This document shows, in pieces, positions 1 to 9,730 of a DNA stretch of 64,000 bases; positions within the stretch are counted from its first letter, which is position 1, and each line of letters begins with the position of its first letter. Position numbers and translations under genes: made by a program. The notes beneath the pieces are model-generated. The model saw nothing but the letters and a program-made list of their open reading frames with translations, was not told the DNA's origin and searched no databases. Source of the stretch: Flavobacteriales bacterium (GTDB lineage: Bacteria > Bacteroidota > Bacteroidia > Flavobacteriales > UBA7312); NCBI GenBank assembly GCA_029248105.1, contig JAQWJZ010000038.1, positions 11,265 to 75,264 of the forward strand. Direction: 5' to 3'.

Positions 1-2565
1 TGGTCAAACCCATGGGAATATCAATCTTATGATGTACATTTTAAAAGTAATGATGCATCTATAGTATTTGCTATAACTACCGTTAACGGAGATTTTAAAC
101 TTATTAAATCTAATAATGGTGGGGCTAGTTTTTCTACTGTCTCTTCTTTTCCGAGCAATATTGCAGATGAATCAGGTGCATTGTTAGCAGTAAGCCCAGA
201 TGATTCCGAAAGTATTTTTGCTCTACTCTTAAGTAGTAATGACACACCCCTACTCTACAAAGGAAACTTAGCTATGGATAGTTGGGAAGTCCTTGCCACT
301 GGGCAAACTGATGATTTTCCCCTAGAAAATTGGCAAGGGTTTTATGATCTAGTTTTTGAAGTATCACCAGATGATGCTGACGTAATATTTGCAGGAACGT
401 CAAGTTTATACAAATCAACAAATGGTGGTGAAAGTTTCTTTATCATAGGCGGATATGGAGGTGATTTCTCTATACATCCAGATGCCCAATACATGATATT
501 ACTCGAAAACAACGAAGCATGGTTAGCAACCGACGGTGGCTTTACCTATTCAACAGATAATTTCACTAATACCAATAATGCATACTCCAAAAACAAAAAC
601 TTAGTTGGTTCAGATATGTGGGGTTTTGATCAAGGATGGAATGAAGATATCGTTGTTGGTGGTCGATATCATAATGGTAATACTGCAATTGCTGATTTTT
701 ATCAACCTAAAGCATTGAGAATGGGCGGTGCTGAATCTCCTACAGGTTGGCTTATGAAAGGGAAAAGTAGGCATGTAGCCTTCAACGACTTAGGTCCTGG
801 TTGGATACTTCCAAGCTCAGCGGAGTCCTCTCCTGAAGGTCGATTTCCTTTTAACAAGTATCCTAATATGGATGAGTATGGTGGTAGAAGAGGAAATATG
901 GTATTCCATACCAATTATTATGAAGTAATATTTTTGGGTGAAGGAAATAGCTTTTGGAAAAGTAACGATATGGGGCAATCATTTGAGCTTCTACACAACT
1001 TTGGGCAAAGGGTTAGATATCTACAAATTTCATATAGTGATCCCAATGTGATTTATGCTGACGTTGTCAATCAAGGATTACATAAATCAGAAGATGGCGG
1101 TTATACCTGGATAGCTAAACCTAGTTTAACTAACGGAGAAAATGGAGATAGCTTTTGGAAAGGAAAGCTACATTTTGATATTTCTCCCAATGACCCAAAC
1201 ACAATTTACGCTTGTTTGCAAAATGGAATATGGTCAGCAGATTTAGGCAAAATTTTTAAATCAACAGATGGAGGAGACAATTGGACAGATTGGACAGAAA
1301 ACCTAAACCCCTATTCGAAGTCTTTAGTTGTCCAACCTGACGGATCAGGTAATGATATCGTCTACTTATTTACCTCAAACATCAATAGTGAAAACGCTAA
1401 TTGCTATATTCGAAGACATGGAGAAAGTGAATGGTCAATTTATGGCACTGATTTCCCTGTAGGCACAGACCCAAACCATGCTCTTCCATTTTTTAGAGAT
1501 AGTAAAATAAGAGTTGCTGGAACATCAGGTGTATGGGAAAATGATTTAGACGAAATTGATTTTTTGCCTATCATTCAACCTTGGGTCAATCGACCGATAA
1601 TTGATTGTGTTTTCGACACTATACAATTGGAAGATCATTCTATTTTAAATCATGAAAACTGTAGCTGGCAGTGGACAATCGAACCTGAGCCTATTTATAT
1701 TGAAAATGAAAATATAAGAAATCCAATGGTGATCTTGGGAGAGGTTGGAAATTATACTGTCACCCTAAGCGTCACAAAAGATGGAACAACCTATTCTAAA
1801 ACCATAGAAGATATGATTTATGCTAAAGAATGTCCTTCAATAGAAAATTGTGACAACCCTGCTATTGTACCCAAAGAAAATTGGGACTTAGTGTATTTCG
1901 ATAGTGAAGAAAGCAATTATCCAGGTTATGCAAGTATGGCTTTTGACGGCAATACAAGTACAATTTGGCACACTCAATGGAGTACTGGCAATACACCTTA
2001 CCCTCATCAATTAGAAATTGATTTTAATAATGAATTTAAAATTTATGAGTTCACTTATAAAACAAGACAAGATGGTGAAAATGGTAGGATTAAGGATATG
2101 GAGATCTATTTTAGCAACGATTTATTGGATTATGGAGAGCCTGATACAATAGTCGAATTTGAAAATACAGCTGCACCTCAAACAATTATTTTTCAAAACC
2201 CCAAAGTAGGAAGGTATATAAAGATAGTTGCTTTATCAGAGGTCAATGGCGGTCCATGGGCGTCAGCAGCTGAATTTGATATAAAAGCCTGTTACAACAC
2301 TTCTGCAATTGAAACTAAAGGTTTTAATTATCTTAAAGCATATCCTATACCTACAAATGGTAATTTGAGAGTATCTCTACCTTCTCTTAATTCATATTAC
2401 TACACTATATATACTATAGATGGTAAAGAAATAAAGAAAGGAAAGACTGACATGAGTATAGATTATTTTGAAATTGATTTATCTGATTATAATGACGGCA
2501 TTTATATCATTAAATTACAGTCGTATGACGGAAAGGAATATTTGATAAAATCAATAAAAGAATAA
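1..2565 (+). CDS. Secreted Asp-box (BNR/sortilin-like) beta-propeller protein with PKD-like and F5/8 type C (discoidin) domains and a T9SS type A C-terminal sorting domain; 5'-partial
   Basis: Frame 1 is open from nt 1, so the gene starts upstream of the window. Repeated Asp-box motifs (SNNGGASF, STNGGESF, SNDMGQSF, SEDGGYTW, STDGGDNW). Discoidin-like 'FDGNTSTIWHTQW...AAEFD'. C-terminal 'YPIPTNGNLRV...GIYIIKLQS' resembles a Por/T9SS CTD. Confidence 0.7.
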   Translation, partial: WSNPWEYQSYDVHFKSNDASIVFAITTVNGDFKLIKSNNGGASFSTVSSFPSNIADESGALLAVSPDDSESIFALLLSSNDTPLLYKGNLAMDSWEVLATGQTDDFPLENWQGFYDLVFEVSPDDADVIFAGTSSLYKSTNGGESFFIIGGYGGDFSIHPDAQYMILLENNEAWLATDGGFTYSTDNFTNTNNAYSKNKNLVGSDMWGFDQGWNEDIVVGGRYHNGNTAIADFYQPKALRMGGAESPTGWLMKGKSRHVAFNDLGPGWILPSSAESSPEGRFPFNKYPNMDEYGGRRGNMVFHTNYYEVIFLGEGNSFWKSNDMGQSFELLHNFGQRVRYLQISYSDPNVIYADVVNQGLHKSEDGGYTWIAKPSLTNGENGDSFWKGKLHFDISPNDPNTIYACLQNGIWSADLGKIFKSTDGGDNWTDWTENLNPYSKSLVVQPDGSGNDIVYLFTSNINSENANCYIRRHGESEWSIYGTDFPVGTDPNHALPFFRDSKIRVAGTSGVWENDLDEIDFLPIIQPWVNRPIIDCVFDTIQLEDHSILNHENCSWQWTIEPEPIYIENENIRNPMVILGEVGNYTVTLSVTKDGTTYSKTIEDMIYAKECPSIENCDNPAIVPKENWDLVYFDSEESNYPGYASMAFDGNTSTIWHTQWSTGNTPYPHQLEIDFNNEFKIYEFTYKTRQDGENGRIKDMEIYFSNDLLDYGEPDTIVEFENTAAPQTIIFQNPKVGRYIKIVALSEVNGGPWASAAEFDIKACYNTSAIETKGFNYLKAYPIPTNGNLRVSLPSLNSYYYTIYTIDGKEIKKGKTDMSIDYFEIDLSDYNDGIYIIKLQSYDGKEYLIKSIKE

Positions 2566-2567
2566 AA

Positions 2568-3275
2568 TTATCTGAGTGTATCTAAACTATCAACAGCTAC
2601 TAGTTTTTCAGTTGTAAAACCTTCTGCATACTCCATTCTAGACAATCGCCCTAAATTGGATGCTCGATAGCGTACGCTATCTAAAAACCCTTGACTGGAA
2701 ATTATAGTTTCAGGCTCATCGGAATTAGCGTCAAAAAATTGTGAACTAAAGGCTTTAACAGCCTCCATTTTTTGTGTCATAAAATCACTAATATCTACCA
2801 CAAAGTTAGGCTCTATTTCTTCAAATTGGATATAATGATAAACTACCTCAGGCCGCCAAGCCTCTTGTCCTGTATCAATCTTAGATAATCCTGCTAAAAA
2901 ACAAGCTGTTGAAACTAAATCAGAACCTTTCTTATGATCTGGATGTCTGTCGCTGACAGCATTAGCCAAAACAATTCTAGGACGATACTCACGAATTATT
3001 TTGACTATCTCTAATTGATGTATTTCATCGTTTTGAAAAAAACCATCCCTAAAATTCATGTTATGTCGGATTTCAACACCAAGAATTTGAGCCGCTATAG
3101 CAGCTTCTTTATCTCTAATTTCAGCACTACCTCGAGTTCCTAGCTCTCCTCGTGTAAGGTCTACAATACCTATCCTACTTCCTAAAGAGATTTGCTTTGC
3201 TATAGTACCACCACAGCCTAGCTCTACATCATCAGGATGCGCACCAAAAGCTAATATATCTAACTGTTTATCCAT
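2568..3275 (-). CDS. bshB1: PIG-L/LmbE family deacetylase, likely bacillithiol biosynthesis deacetylase BshB1
   Basis: N-terminal 'ILAFGAHPDDVELGCGGTIAK' and 'HPDH' are zinc-deacetylase motifs of the LmbE family. Start re-set to MDKQ (ATG at 3275); the track ORF extends 18 codons upstream. Confidence 0.7.
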   Translation of the reverse strand: MDKQLDILAFGAHPDDVELGCGGTIAKQISLGSRIGIVDLTRGELGTRGSAEIRDKEAAIAAQILGVEIRHNMNFRDGFFQNDEIHQLEIVKIIREYRPRIVLANAVSDRHPDHKKGSDLVSTACFLAGLSKIDTGQEAWRPEVVYHYIQFEEIEPNFVVDISDFMTQKMEAVKAFSSQFFDANSDEPETIISSQGFLDSVRYRASNLGRLSRMEYAEGFTTEKLVAVDSLDTLR

Positions 3276-3835
3276 TTTACAATTTTCTTTGATTTGGGAC
3301 TGGTAGTTGGTAAAAAATAATCTACCCAATATCCATTTTCATCGATAGTAAACTTTTGAAAGTTCCACAAAACCGATACATTTTTCTTCCCATTTTTATT
3401 TTTTTCTGTCAACCATTGATAAAAGGGATGTTTATGTTTTCCCTTTACCGATACTTTTTCAAAAATAGTAAAAGTTACACCATAATTTTTTTGACAAAAA
3501 GAAGATATCTTTTCATTGTCACTATACTCTTGGTTAGCAAAATCAGAAGATGGGAATGCTAAAACTTCAAAATTCTGTTCTTTATTCTCTTGATACAACG
3601 CTTCCAACTGCTTATATTGAGGTGTTAAACCACACTTTGACGCCACATTAACTACTAGTATTTTTTTACCCTTCAAACTTGACATATCGAACTCAACACC
3701 ATCTATGGTTTTAAGTTTAAAATCATAAAAAGATTGACTTTCTGATGTATTGTAACTATTCATACAACTCAAAAAAACAGTTAGTAGAAATACGCTTTGG
3801 TATTTTATTAATTTCTTAATTGTCTTTGTCTCCAT
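3260..3835 (-). CDS. Glutathione peroxidase family protein with lipoprotein-type signal peptide
   Basis: 'VVNVASKCGLTPQYKQLEALY' is a GPx active-site block (Cys, not Sec), plus 'WNFQKF'. N-terminus 'LLTVFLSC' resembles a lipobox. Confidence 0.85.
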   Translation of the reverse strand: METKTIKKLIKYQSVFLLTVFLSCMNSYNTSESQSFYDFKLKTIDGVEFDMSSLKGKKILVVNVASKCGLTPQYKQLEALYQENKEQNFEVLAFPSSDFANQEYSDNEKISSFCQKNYGVTFTIFEKVSVKGKHKHPFYQWLTEKNKNGKKNVSVLWNFQKFTIDENGYWVDYFLPTTSPKSKKIVKWINS

Positions 3836-6800
3836 TTAGCTAAAACAGCAACAATTGTTACTATTACAATAGAATAATACACAAATGAAGGAATGGGCAT
3901 CGGGTCACCTTTTGCATAAGAGTGTAAACCAGAAAGATAAAAATTCACCCCAAAATAAGTCATAATTATTGAACTGTAGGCAACTAAGGAGGCAAGGTTA
4001 AAAGCGAAGATTCCTTTAATCTTAGGAATAAAACGCATGTGCAAGACAAAAATATAAATTAGCATACTAGCCAATGCCCAAGTTTCTTTGGGGTCCCAAC
4101 CCCAATACCTTCCCCAAGATTCATTAGCCCATATACCTCCTAAAAATGTTCCTACAGATAGCATAAACAATCCTGTCGTAATACTCAACTCATTGATAAA
4201 TGTCAATTCTTTCAGACTATCTCCAATTCTTTTTCTATTATTCTTATTCTGAATTATCATTAAAATCAAATTAAGGAATCCGAGCAATGCACCCAAAGCA
4301 AGAAAACCATAACTAGCTGTGATGATAGCTACGTGAATAATAAGCCAATACGAATCCAATACAGGCACCAAGTTAGTGATTTCAGGATCTAACCAATTAA
4401 GTGCTGCTACCATTAAAAGTAATGAGGATAATATAGCCGTAGCTGCAACCGTCATTAGGCTTTTTCTAGAAAAAATAAAACCTGCTAAAACAGTAGCCCA
4501 TGCAATGTATATAACACTTTCATAGGCATTACTCCAAGGTGCATGACCAGATATAAACCAACGCCCCATCAAACCTACTGTATGGGCAACAAATCCAATA
4601 CCAATTAAAACAAAAGCAATTTTAATAATTACATTTCGCCATTTTCTTTCCTTTAAAATTTGTTGGATAAGTAATAAAATCATTATCAAACCAACAATAG
4701 CATAGTAGTATGATAATCGATTAAATACTCTAAATTCATTATAAAAAACCTCTGTATTTATTTTCATATCAGAGGGGTAAACCTCTGAACCAAACTTCAA
4801 CTGATAATTCTTTATGGCGGTCAGGGTATTATTTGGCACTTGATAGTCCCCATCTGCAATTGCTTGTTGTAAACTTTTGTAGTATATAGGTAAGATATTA
4901 TTGACAAATAATGAATCTCCACCCATGAGTAAACCTTGATTCATAGAAGGCGATATCCACTTATTATTGGGGTCTTCTGGAATAGGAAAAAATCGCATAA
5001 ATGAGCCATTGTAAACCATATAACATACGTTTACTCTCTCATCAACAGCCATAACCTCTTTATCGTATTTACTTCTCTCAGCGGGTTTTTTAGCATAGGC
5101 TACTTCTACCTCATTGGTAAGTATATATCTAGCCTCATCACTAAAGAAAGACAAGAAAGAAGTGTATTTATTTTCAATACCTAAATTAGCTCTGAGTTCT
5201 TCGTTATTGACTTTTATCATAGGAGCCAACTGCCATAAGTAAGGATTTTGAAGCATACCCAATACCACTTGATTAGGATTTAATCCATTGTAATCACTTT
5301 TACGGCTAACTTTTCTCAAAACTTCAGAAGATGTTGTACTGAACGGTTTTAATCGGCCACCATCATCTTGAACCACTAATCTGCCAAAGTCATTAGCATG
5401 TATCACTTCTATAGCATTGGCTTGTACTAATGAATCTACTGATGATGACGATTGAGCAAGAATGGACGATGAAAGGGAAAAGAAAAGCAATACAGTAAGC
5501 GTTCTTTTAAGTCTCAAATCATCTAGTTTCTTTCTTAAAGAAGCAAATCGTGTGTTTTTAGAAAAAATAGTAGCTATCATTCCTATGGTCATTAGAAGAT
5601 AACCCAAATAGCTAACCCAAGTACCCCAAAAGTCATGATTAACAGAAAGTACTGTGCCCAATTCATCTTGGTCATATGAGGATTGAAAAAAGCGATAGCC
5701 CTTATGATCTAGCACATTATTCATAAAGACACGATGATTCGTTTCTTCTCCATCAATCAAAGTAACTTCACTTGCAAATGAAGCTGGGCTATTTGAACCT
5801 GGATATCTTTCCAATTGAAAGTCATTAAGACGAATAAAGAAAGGGGTTTGATAGTATTTAGAACCATATGAAAGCGAAAAATTTAGCCCCCCTAATTGAA
5901 ACTGATTTCTATTACTTACAAAACCTTTATCGCCAAACAGCTCAACCAGTTGTTCTTCACCATTACTACTCACTTTAACTTTCAACAAGTCTTCCATTTC
6001 TTGACCCTCAGGATTGACTCCAGCATAATGTGAAAGAGTAGCCTTTTCATTTAGAATAGGAATGACAAAATTTTGACCATCAACCATATACAAGGAACGT
6101 AACATTAGGGGCTGTATACTATCTTTCTGCACCATTCCTTGAAACTGGTCTGCCATGCGCATAAACTGCCCATCTGATGGAAGCTGAACCATCAACTCAT
6201 CGTCTTGATAAAAAAAGTTTACGTGACCTGGAAGAGGAGTTCCGAACGAAAAGTTAAGCCCTAAATAGCGTTTGGCCCTACCCTCTTGCAGATAATATGT
6301 TTCTCTTCCATTAGCACCTGCTAATACGATGGTAAGTGTAGGAACACCCTCTCCTACAATGAGGGTATCTACTGCGTTGGGAATAAAGTCGATATAATCT
6401 ATAGAAATATCATTCTCCAAAAACTTAACGTTTTGACTAAAATCATTAGACTTTAAAAATTCTAATGGACCTTCATAATTGTGCAATAACAATGGCTTAT
6501 CGTAATTAAATTGATAGGCATTATCATGTACTTTTATCTGTAAAAAAGTGCGATCTGAAACAATCAAATTTGATTGTTCACCTTCACGAATCGACATCAT
6601 ACCTTCGTAGCTTACATATCTAGTAATACCCGCGCCAATAACAATGAAAATAAATGAAATGTGAAAAAGTAATACCGGCCATTTTTCTTTTCGCCATAGC
6701 TTATATCGATTGATGTTAGCAATCATATTTATACTAAGTAGTACCATTATAATTTCGAACCAAGTGGTATTATATACAAGTGCTTTAGCGGTTTGAGTGC

Positions 6801-6909
6801 CGAAATCGTTTTCTATAAAGGTGGCATATCCGATTGCTACGAAGAATAAAAGTATCAAAATAGCCATCAGTCGCATGGAAAATAAAAAGGAGATAAACTT
6901 ATCTAACAT
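3808..6909 (-). CDS. ccsBA: Cytochrome c biogenesis protein, ResB-like/CcsA fusion (CcsBA, system II)
   Basis: 1033 aa polytopic protein. C-terminal Trp-rich heme-handling motif 'WANESWGRYWGWDPKETWAL'. N-terminal ResB-like region with a large periplasmic loop. Confidence 0.8.
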   Translation of the reverse strand: MLDKFISFLFSMRLMAILILLFFVAIGYATFIENDFGTQTAKALVYNTTWFEIIMVLLSINMIANINRYKLWRKEKWPVLLFHISFIFIVIGAGITRYVSYEGMMSIREGEQSNLIVSDRTFLQIKVHDNAYQFNYDKPLLLHNYEGPLEFLKSNDFSQNVKFLENDISIDYIDFIPNAVDTLIVGEGVPTLTIVLAGANGRETYYLQEGRAKRYLGLNFSFGTPLPGHVNFFYQDDELMVQLPSDGQFMRMADQFQGMVQKDSIQPLMLRSLYMVDGQNFVIPILNEKATLSHYAGVNPEGQEMEDLLKVKVSSNGEEQLVELFGDKGFVSNRNQFQLGGLNFSLSYGSKYYQTPFFIRLNDFQLERYPGSNSPASFASEVTLIDGEETNHRVFMNNVLDHKGYRFFQSSYDQDELGTVLSVNHDFWGTWVSYLGYLLMTIGMIATIFSKNTRFASLRKKLDDLRLKRTLTVLLFFSLSSSILAQSSSSVDSLVQANAIEVIHANDFGRLVVQDDGGRLKPFSTTSSEVLRKVSRKSDYNGLNPNQVVLGMLQNPYLWQLAPMIKVNNEELRANLGIENKYTSFLSFFSDEARYILTNEVEVAYAKKPAERSKYDKEVMAVDERVNVCYMVYNGSFMRFFPIPEDPNNKWISPSMNQGLLMGGDSLFVNNILPIYYKSLQQAIADGDYQVPNNTLTAIKNYQLKFGSEVYPSDMKINTEVFYNEFRVFNRLSYYYAIVGLIMILLLIQQILKERKWRNVIIKIAFVLIGIGFVAHTVGLMGRWFISGHAPWSNAYESVIYIAWATVLAGFIFSRKSLMTVAATAILSSLLLMVAALNWLDPEITNLVPVLDSYWLIIHVAIITASYGFLALGALLGFLNLILMIIQNKNNRKRIGDSLKELTFINELSITTGLFMLSVGTFLGGIWANESWGRYWGWDPKETWALASMLIYIFVLHMRFIPKIKGIFAFNLASLVAYSSIIMTYFGVNFYLSGLHSYAKGDPMPIPSFVYYSIVIVTIVAVLAKWRQRQLRN

Positions 6910-6930
6910 AAAGGTTTAAATTTGGAAGTA

Positions 6931-6938
6931 CAAAATTA
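6931..6938 (-). promoter_or_regulatory. Candidate Bacteroidota -7 box (TAATTTTG) for the ccsBA operon
   Basis: Reverse complement of 'caaaatta' is TAATTTTG (TAnnTTTG), about 20 nt upstream of the ATG at 6909. Confidence 0.35.
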
Positions 6939-6940
6939 CT

Positions 6941-6948
6941 TAATTTTG
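6941..6948 (+). promoter_or_regulatory. Candidate -7 box (TAATTTTG) for the DUF2520-kdsC-ubiA-maf string
   Basis: TAnnTTTG match 34 nt upstream of the ATG at 6982. A second match (TAAATTTG) lies at 6917-6924. Confidence 0.35.
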
Positions 6949-6981
6949 TGGTGATATAATATCAAATACATATAATTCAGT

Positions 6982-7728
6982 ATGACAAAAATAACAATGA
7001 TAGGTGCAGGTAATTTAGCAACACATCTTTGTCGTACTTTAAAGGATTCTGGACACGAAATTATTCAAGTTTATAGTAGGACAGAAAAATCTGCTTATGA
7101 ACTTTCCAATCGAATAAATGTTCCTTATACAACAGACTTAGAAAGTATAATTTCTTCAGACTTAGCTATCATTGCAGTAAACGACGATTGTATACACAAT
7201 ATTGAAAAACATATTGATTTTCCAAAAGTCCATACTTCTGGGACAAAACCAATGTCAATACTTAACGGTGAAGAGATTGGTGTGTTTTATCCGTTACAAA
7301 CTTTCAATAAAAACATAGAAATAAAATTTAACTCAATCCCAATCTGCATAGAAGCATCGAATACCGAACTAATGCAATCACTAACAGTACTAGCTCAATC
7401 GATATCTAGCAAAGTTGTTAAATTAAATAGTGATCAAAGGCAACGTTTGCACCTAGCTGCAGTTATAAGCTGTAACTTTAGCAACTTACTTTATCAACTT
7501 TCTGAAGAAATATGCCAAGAAGAAGACATCCCTTTTGATATATTGCAACCTTTAATTTTTGAAACAGCTAAAAAAATTCAAAAAACATCACCGTCGATGG
7601 CTCAAACAGGACCAGCTAAAAGAGGAGATTCTGAGACAATAGAAAAACACATAAAACTATTAGAAAGCAATATTGAAAAAGAAAAAATATATAAACTGCT
7701 AACAGAAAGTATTAAAAAACGGAAATGA
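6982..7728 (+). CDS. Rossmann-fold NAD(P)-binding / DUF2520-type protein
   Basis: N-terminal 'MIGAGNLATHL' dinucleotide-binding loop. C-terminal half 'RLHLAAVISCNFSN...TGPAKRGD' is typical of DUF2520. Confidence 0.6.
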   Translation: MTKITMIGAGNLATHLCRTLKDSGHEIIQVYSRTEKSAYELSNRINVPYTTDLESIISSDLAIIAVNDDCIHNIEKHIDFPKVHTSGTKPMSILNGEEIGVFYPLQTFNKNIEIKFNSIPICIEASNTELMQSLTVLAQSISSKVVKLNSDQRQRLHLAAVISCNFSNLLYQLSEEICQEEDIPFDILQPLIFETAKKIQKTSPSMAQTGPAKRGDSETIEKHIKLLESNIEKEKIYKLLTESIKKRK

Positions 7729-8225
7729 ATTATAAAGAAAAGTTAAATCACATAAAAGCATTTATTTTTGATGTAGATGGTGTTCTTACAGATGGCAAGG
7801 TGTTACTTCACCCTTCTGGAGAACAGATGAGGAGTATGAGTGTGAAAGATGGAATGGCAATTAGAGAGGCTCTAAAAAAAGGATATTTAATCGCTATCAT
7901 TTCCGGTGGCAAAAGCCAAGGACTCATTGAACGATTTAAACATCTTAAAATTCATGATGTATATTTAGCCTGCGAGGATAAAAAAGATGCTCTTAGCGAT
8001 TTAATACATATCCATCAATTAGATGCTAATTCTATTTTATATATGGGTGATGATATCAACGACTGGGAAGTAATGAAAGAAGTGGGTTTAGCGTCTTGTC
8101 CACAAGATGCTGTTCCAGAAATAAAAGCTATTGCCGACTATATTTCACATAAAAATGGTGGTCAAGGTTGTGTAAGAGATGTAATAGAACAAACACTTAA
8201 AGTACAAGGGAAATGGTCAAACTAA
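7725..8225 (+). CDS. kdsC: 3-deoxy-D-manno-octulosonate 8-phosphate phosphatase (HAD-IIIA, KdsC family)
   Basis: 'FIFDVDGVLTDGKV', 'GDDINDWEVM' and 'GGQGCVRDVIE' are KdsC-like HAD motifs. ATGA overlap with the upstream gene. Confidence 0.75.
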   Translation: MNYKEKLNHIKAFIFDVDGVLTDGKVLLHPSGEQMRSMSVKDGMAIREALKKGYLIAIISGGKSQGLIERFKHLKIHDVYLACEDKKDALSDLIHIHQLDANSILYMGDDINDWEVMKEVGLASCPQDAVPEIKAIADYISHKNGGQGCVRDVIEQTLKVQGKWSN

Positions 8226-9118
8226 TCGATTTTTTCAGACTAATAAGGATTAAAAACCTATTCATAATTGCTATTAGCCAATACCTCATTCGCTATGCGC
8301 TTATCATTCCAATAACAGAAAGCAATAGCCTGAACGACTTACAGTTTTTTTACCTAGTGCTATCAACCGTTTTTATTGCTGCTGCTGGATACATCATAAA
8401 CGACTATTTTGACACTCAAGTTGATAGGCTAAACAAAAGAAAAGTTATTATTGATAACACGATTAAAAGACGTGAAGCCATTCTATGGCACTTTGTATTA
8501 AGTGGTATTGGTGTGTTTTTAGGTTTTTTTCTTGGTTGGCGAGTAGGCATATTTAATCTGGGATTTATAAACCTGTTTTGTTCTAGTGCATTATGGTTTT
8601 ATTCCACTCACTTTAAAAGAGCTTATTTAAGTGGAAATCTATTAATCAGTTTATTAGCAGCTCTTGTCATTTTAATAGTGCCGTTGTACGAAATTATACC
8701 AAAGCCTATGGCAAATAGTGAGAATGCATTTTATATTATTTGCGGCTATGCCATTTTTGCATTTTTCACAACTTTCATAAGAGAAATTGTTAAAGATTTT
8801 GAAGATACCGATGGTGACAGAAAAATGGGCTACACTACATTTGCGATAGTTTCAGAGAAATCAGCAAAAAATAGTATTAGATTTATTAGTGCACTTCTCA
8901 TATTAATTATTGGAGCTGTTACGGCAATTCAGATTACATACGAGGCTTATATTGCAGCTGTATATGTCATATTAGCTGTTGAAATACCATTCCTATACTT
9001 TTTTATCAAATTATTCAAACTAAATGATAAGGGAGGATATCATCATCTTAGCCAAATGATAAAATTAATTATGCTTACTGGAACACTTTCAATGTTAGTC
9101 TTTACTCTATTGTTTTAA
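8213..9118 (+). CDS. UbiA family prenyltransferase (polytopic membrane protein)
   Basis: Asp-rich motifs 'NDYFDTQVDRLNK' and 'KDFEDTDGDRKMG', about 8 predicted TM helices. 13-nt overlap with kdsC. Confidence 0.75.
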   Translation: MVKLIDFFRLIRIKNLFIIAISQYLIRYALIIPITESNSLNDLQFFYLVLSTVFIAAAGYIINDYFDTQVDRLNKRKVIIDNTIKRREAILWHFVLSGIGVFLGFFLGWRVGIFNLGFINLFCSSALWFYSTHFKRAYLSGNLLISLLAALVILIVPLYEIIPKPMANSENAFYIICGYAIFAFFTTFIREIVKDFEDTDGDRKMGYTTFAIVSEKSAKNSIRFISALLILIIGAVTAIQITYEAYIAAVYVILAVEIPFLYFFIKLFKLNDKGGYHHLSQMIKLIMLTGTLSMLVFTLLF

Positions 9119-9125
9119 AAAAAAC

Positions 9126-9698
9126 ATGTTAAAAAATCTTGAAACAAAAACTGTAATTTTAGCCTCTCAATCACCAAGAAGACAGGAGTTGTTATCTGAT
9201 TTAGGCATTTCTTTTGAAGTTAAAACAAAGCCTACAGAAGAAGACTTTCCATCTGAAATGGACACTCATGATATAGCCGAATACCTGGCTATTAAAAAAG
9301 CTTCAGCGTTTAAACCAAAGGAAAATGAAATATTAATTACTGCTGATACTGTGGTAATACACAATAACAAAGTACTAAACAAACCTAAGGATGAAGAAGA
9401 AGCAAAAAAGATGCTTAATAAATTATCTAATTCTTCGCACGAAGTAATTACTGGAGTTTGTGTTTACCATAAAAACCAAAAACATAGTTTTTCTGAATTA
9501 ACTAAAGTAACGTTTAAGACTATTTCTGAAAACGAAATTGACTATTACATAAACAACTTCAACCCTAGTGATAAAGCAGGCGCTTATGGTATTCAAGATT
9601 GGATAGGGAAAATAGGAATTAAATCAATAGAGGGTTGTTATTACAATGTAATGGGACTTCCATTACATTCGTTATATAGTTATCTGATAAATCTTTAG
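9126..9698 (+). CDS. maf: Maf-like nucleoside triphosphate pyrophosphatase
   Basis: 'ILASQSPRRQELL', 'TADTVV', 'DKAGAYGIQD' are Maf family motifs. Confidence 0.85.
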   Translation: MLKNLETKTVILASQSPRRQELLSDLGISFEVKTKPTEEDFPSEMDTHDIAEYLAIKKASAFKPKENEILITADTVVIHNNKVLNKPKDEEEAKKMLNKLSNSSHEVITGVCVYHKNQKHSFSELTKVTFKTISENEIDYYINNFNPSDKAGAYGIQDWIGKIGIKSIEGCYYNVMGLPLHSLYSYLINL

Positions 9699-9706
9699 TA
9701 CTTTTG
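9699..9706 (+). promoter_or_regulatory. Candidate -7 box (TACTTTTG) for wza-wzc
   Basis: TAnnTTTG match about 24 nt upstream of the ATG at 9731, in the 32-nt maf-wza spacer. Confidence 0.4.
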
Positions 9707-9730
9707 TAATACGAAATAACAAGATTTATT

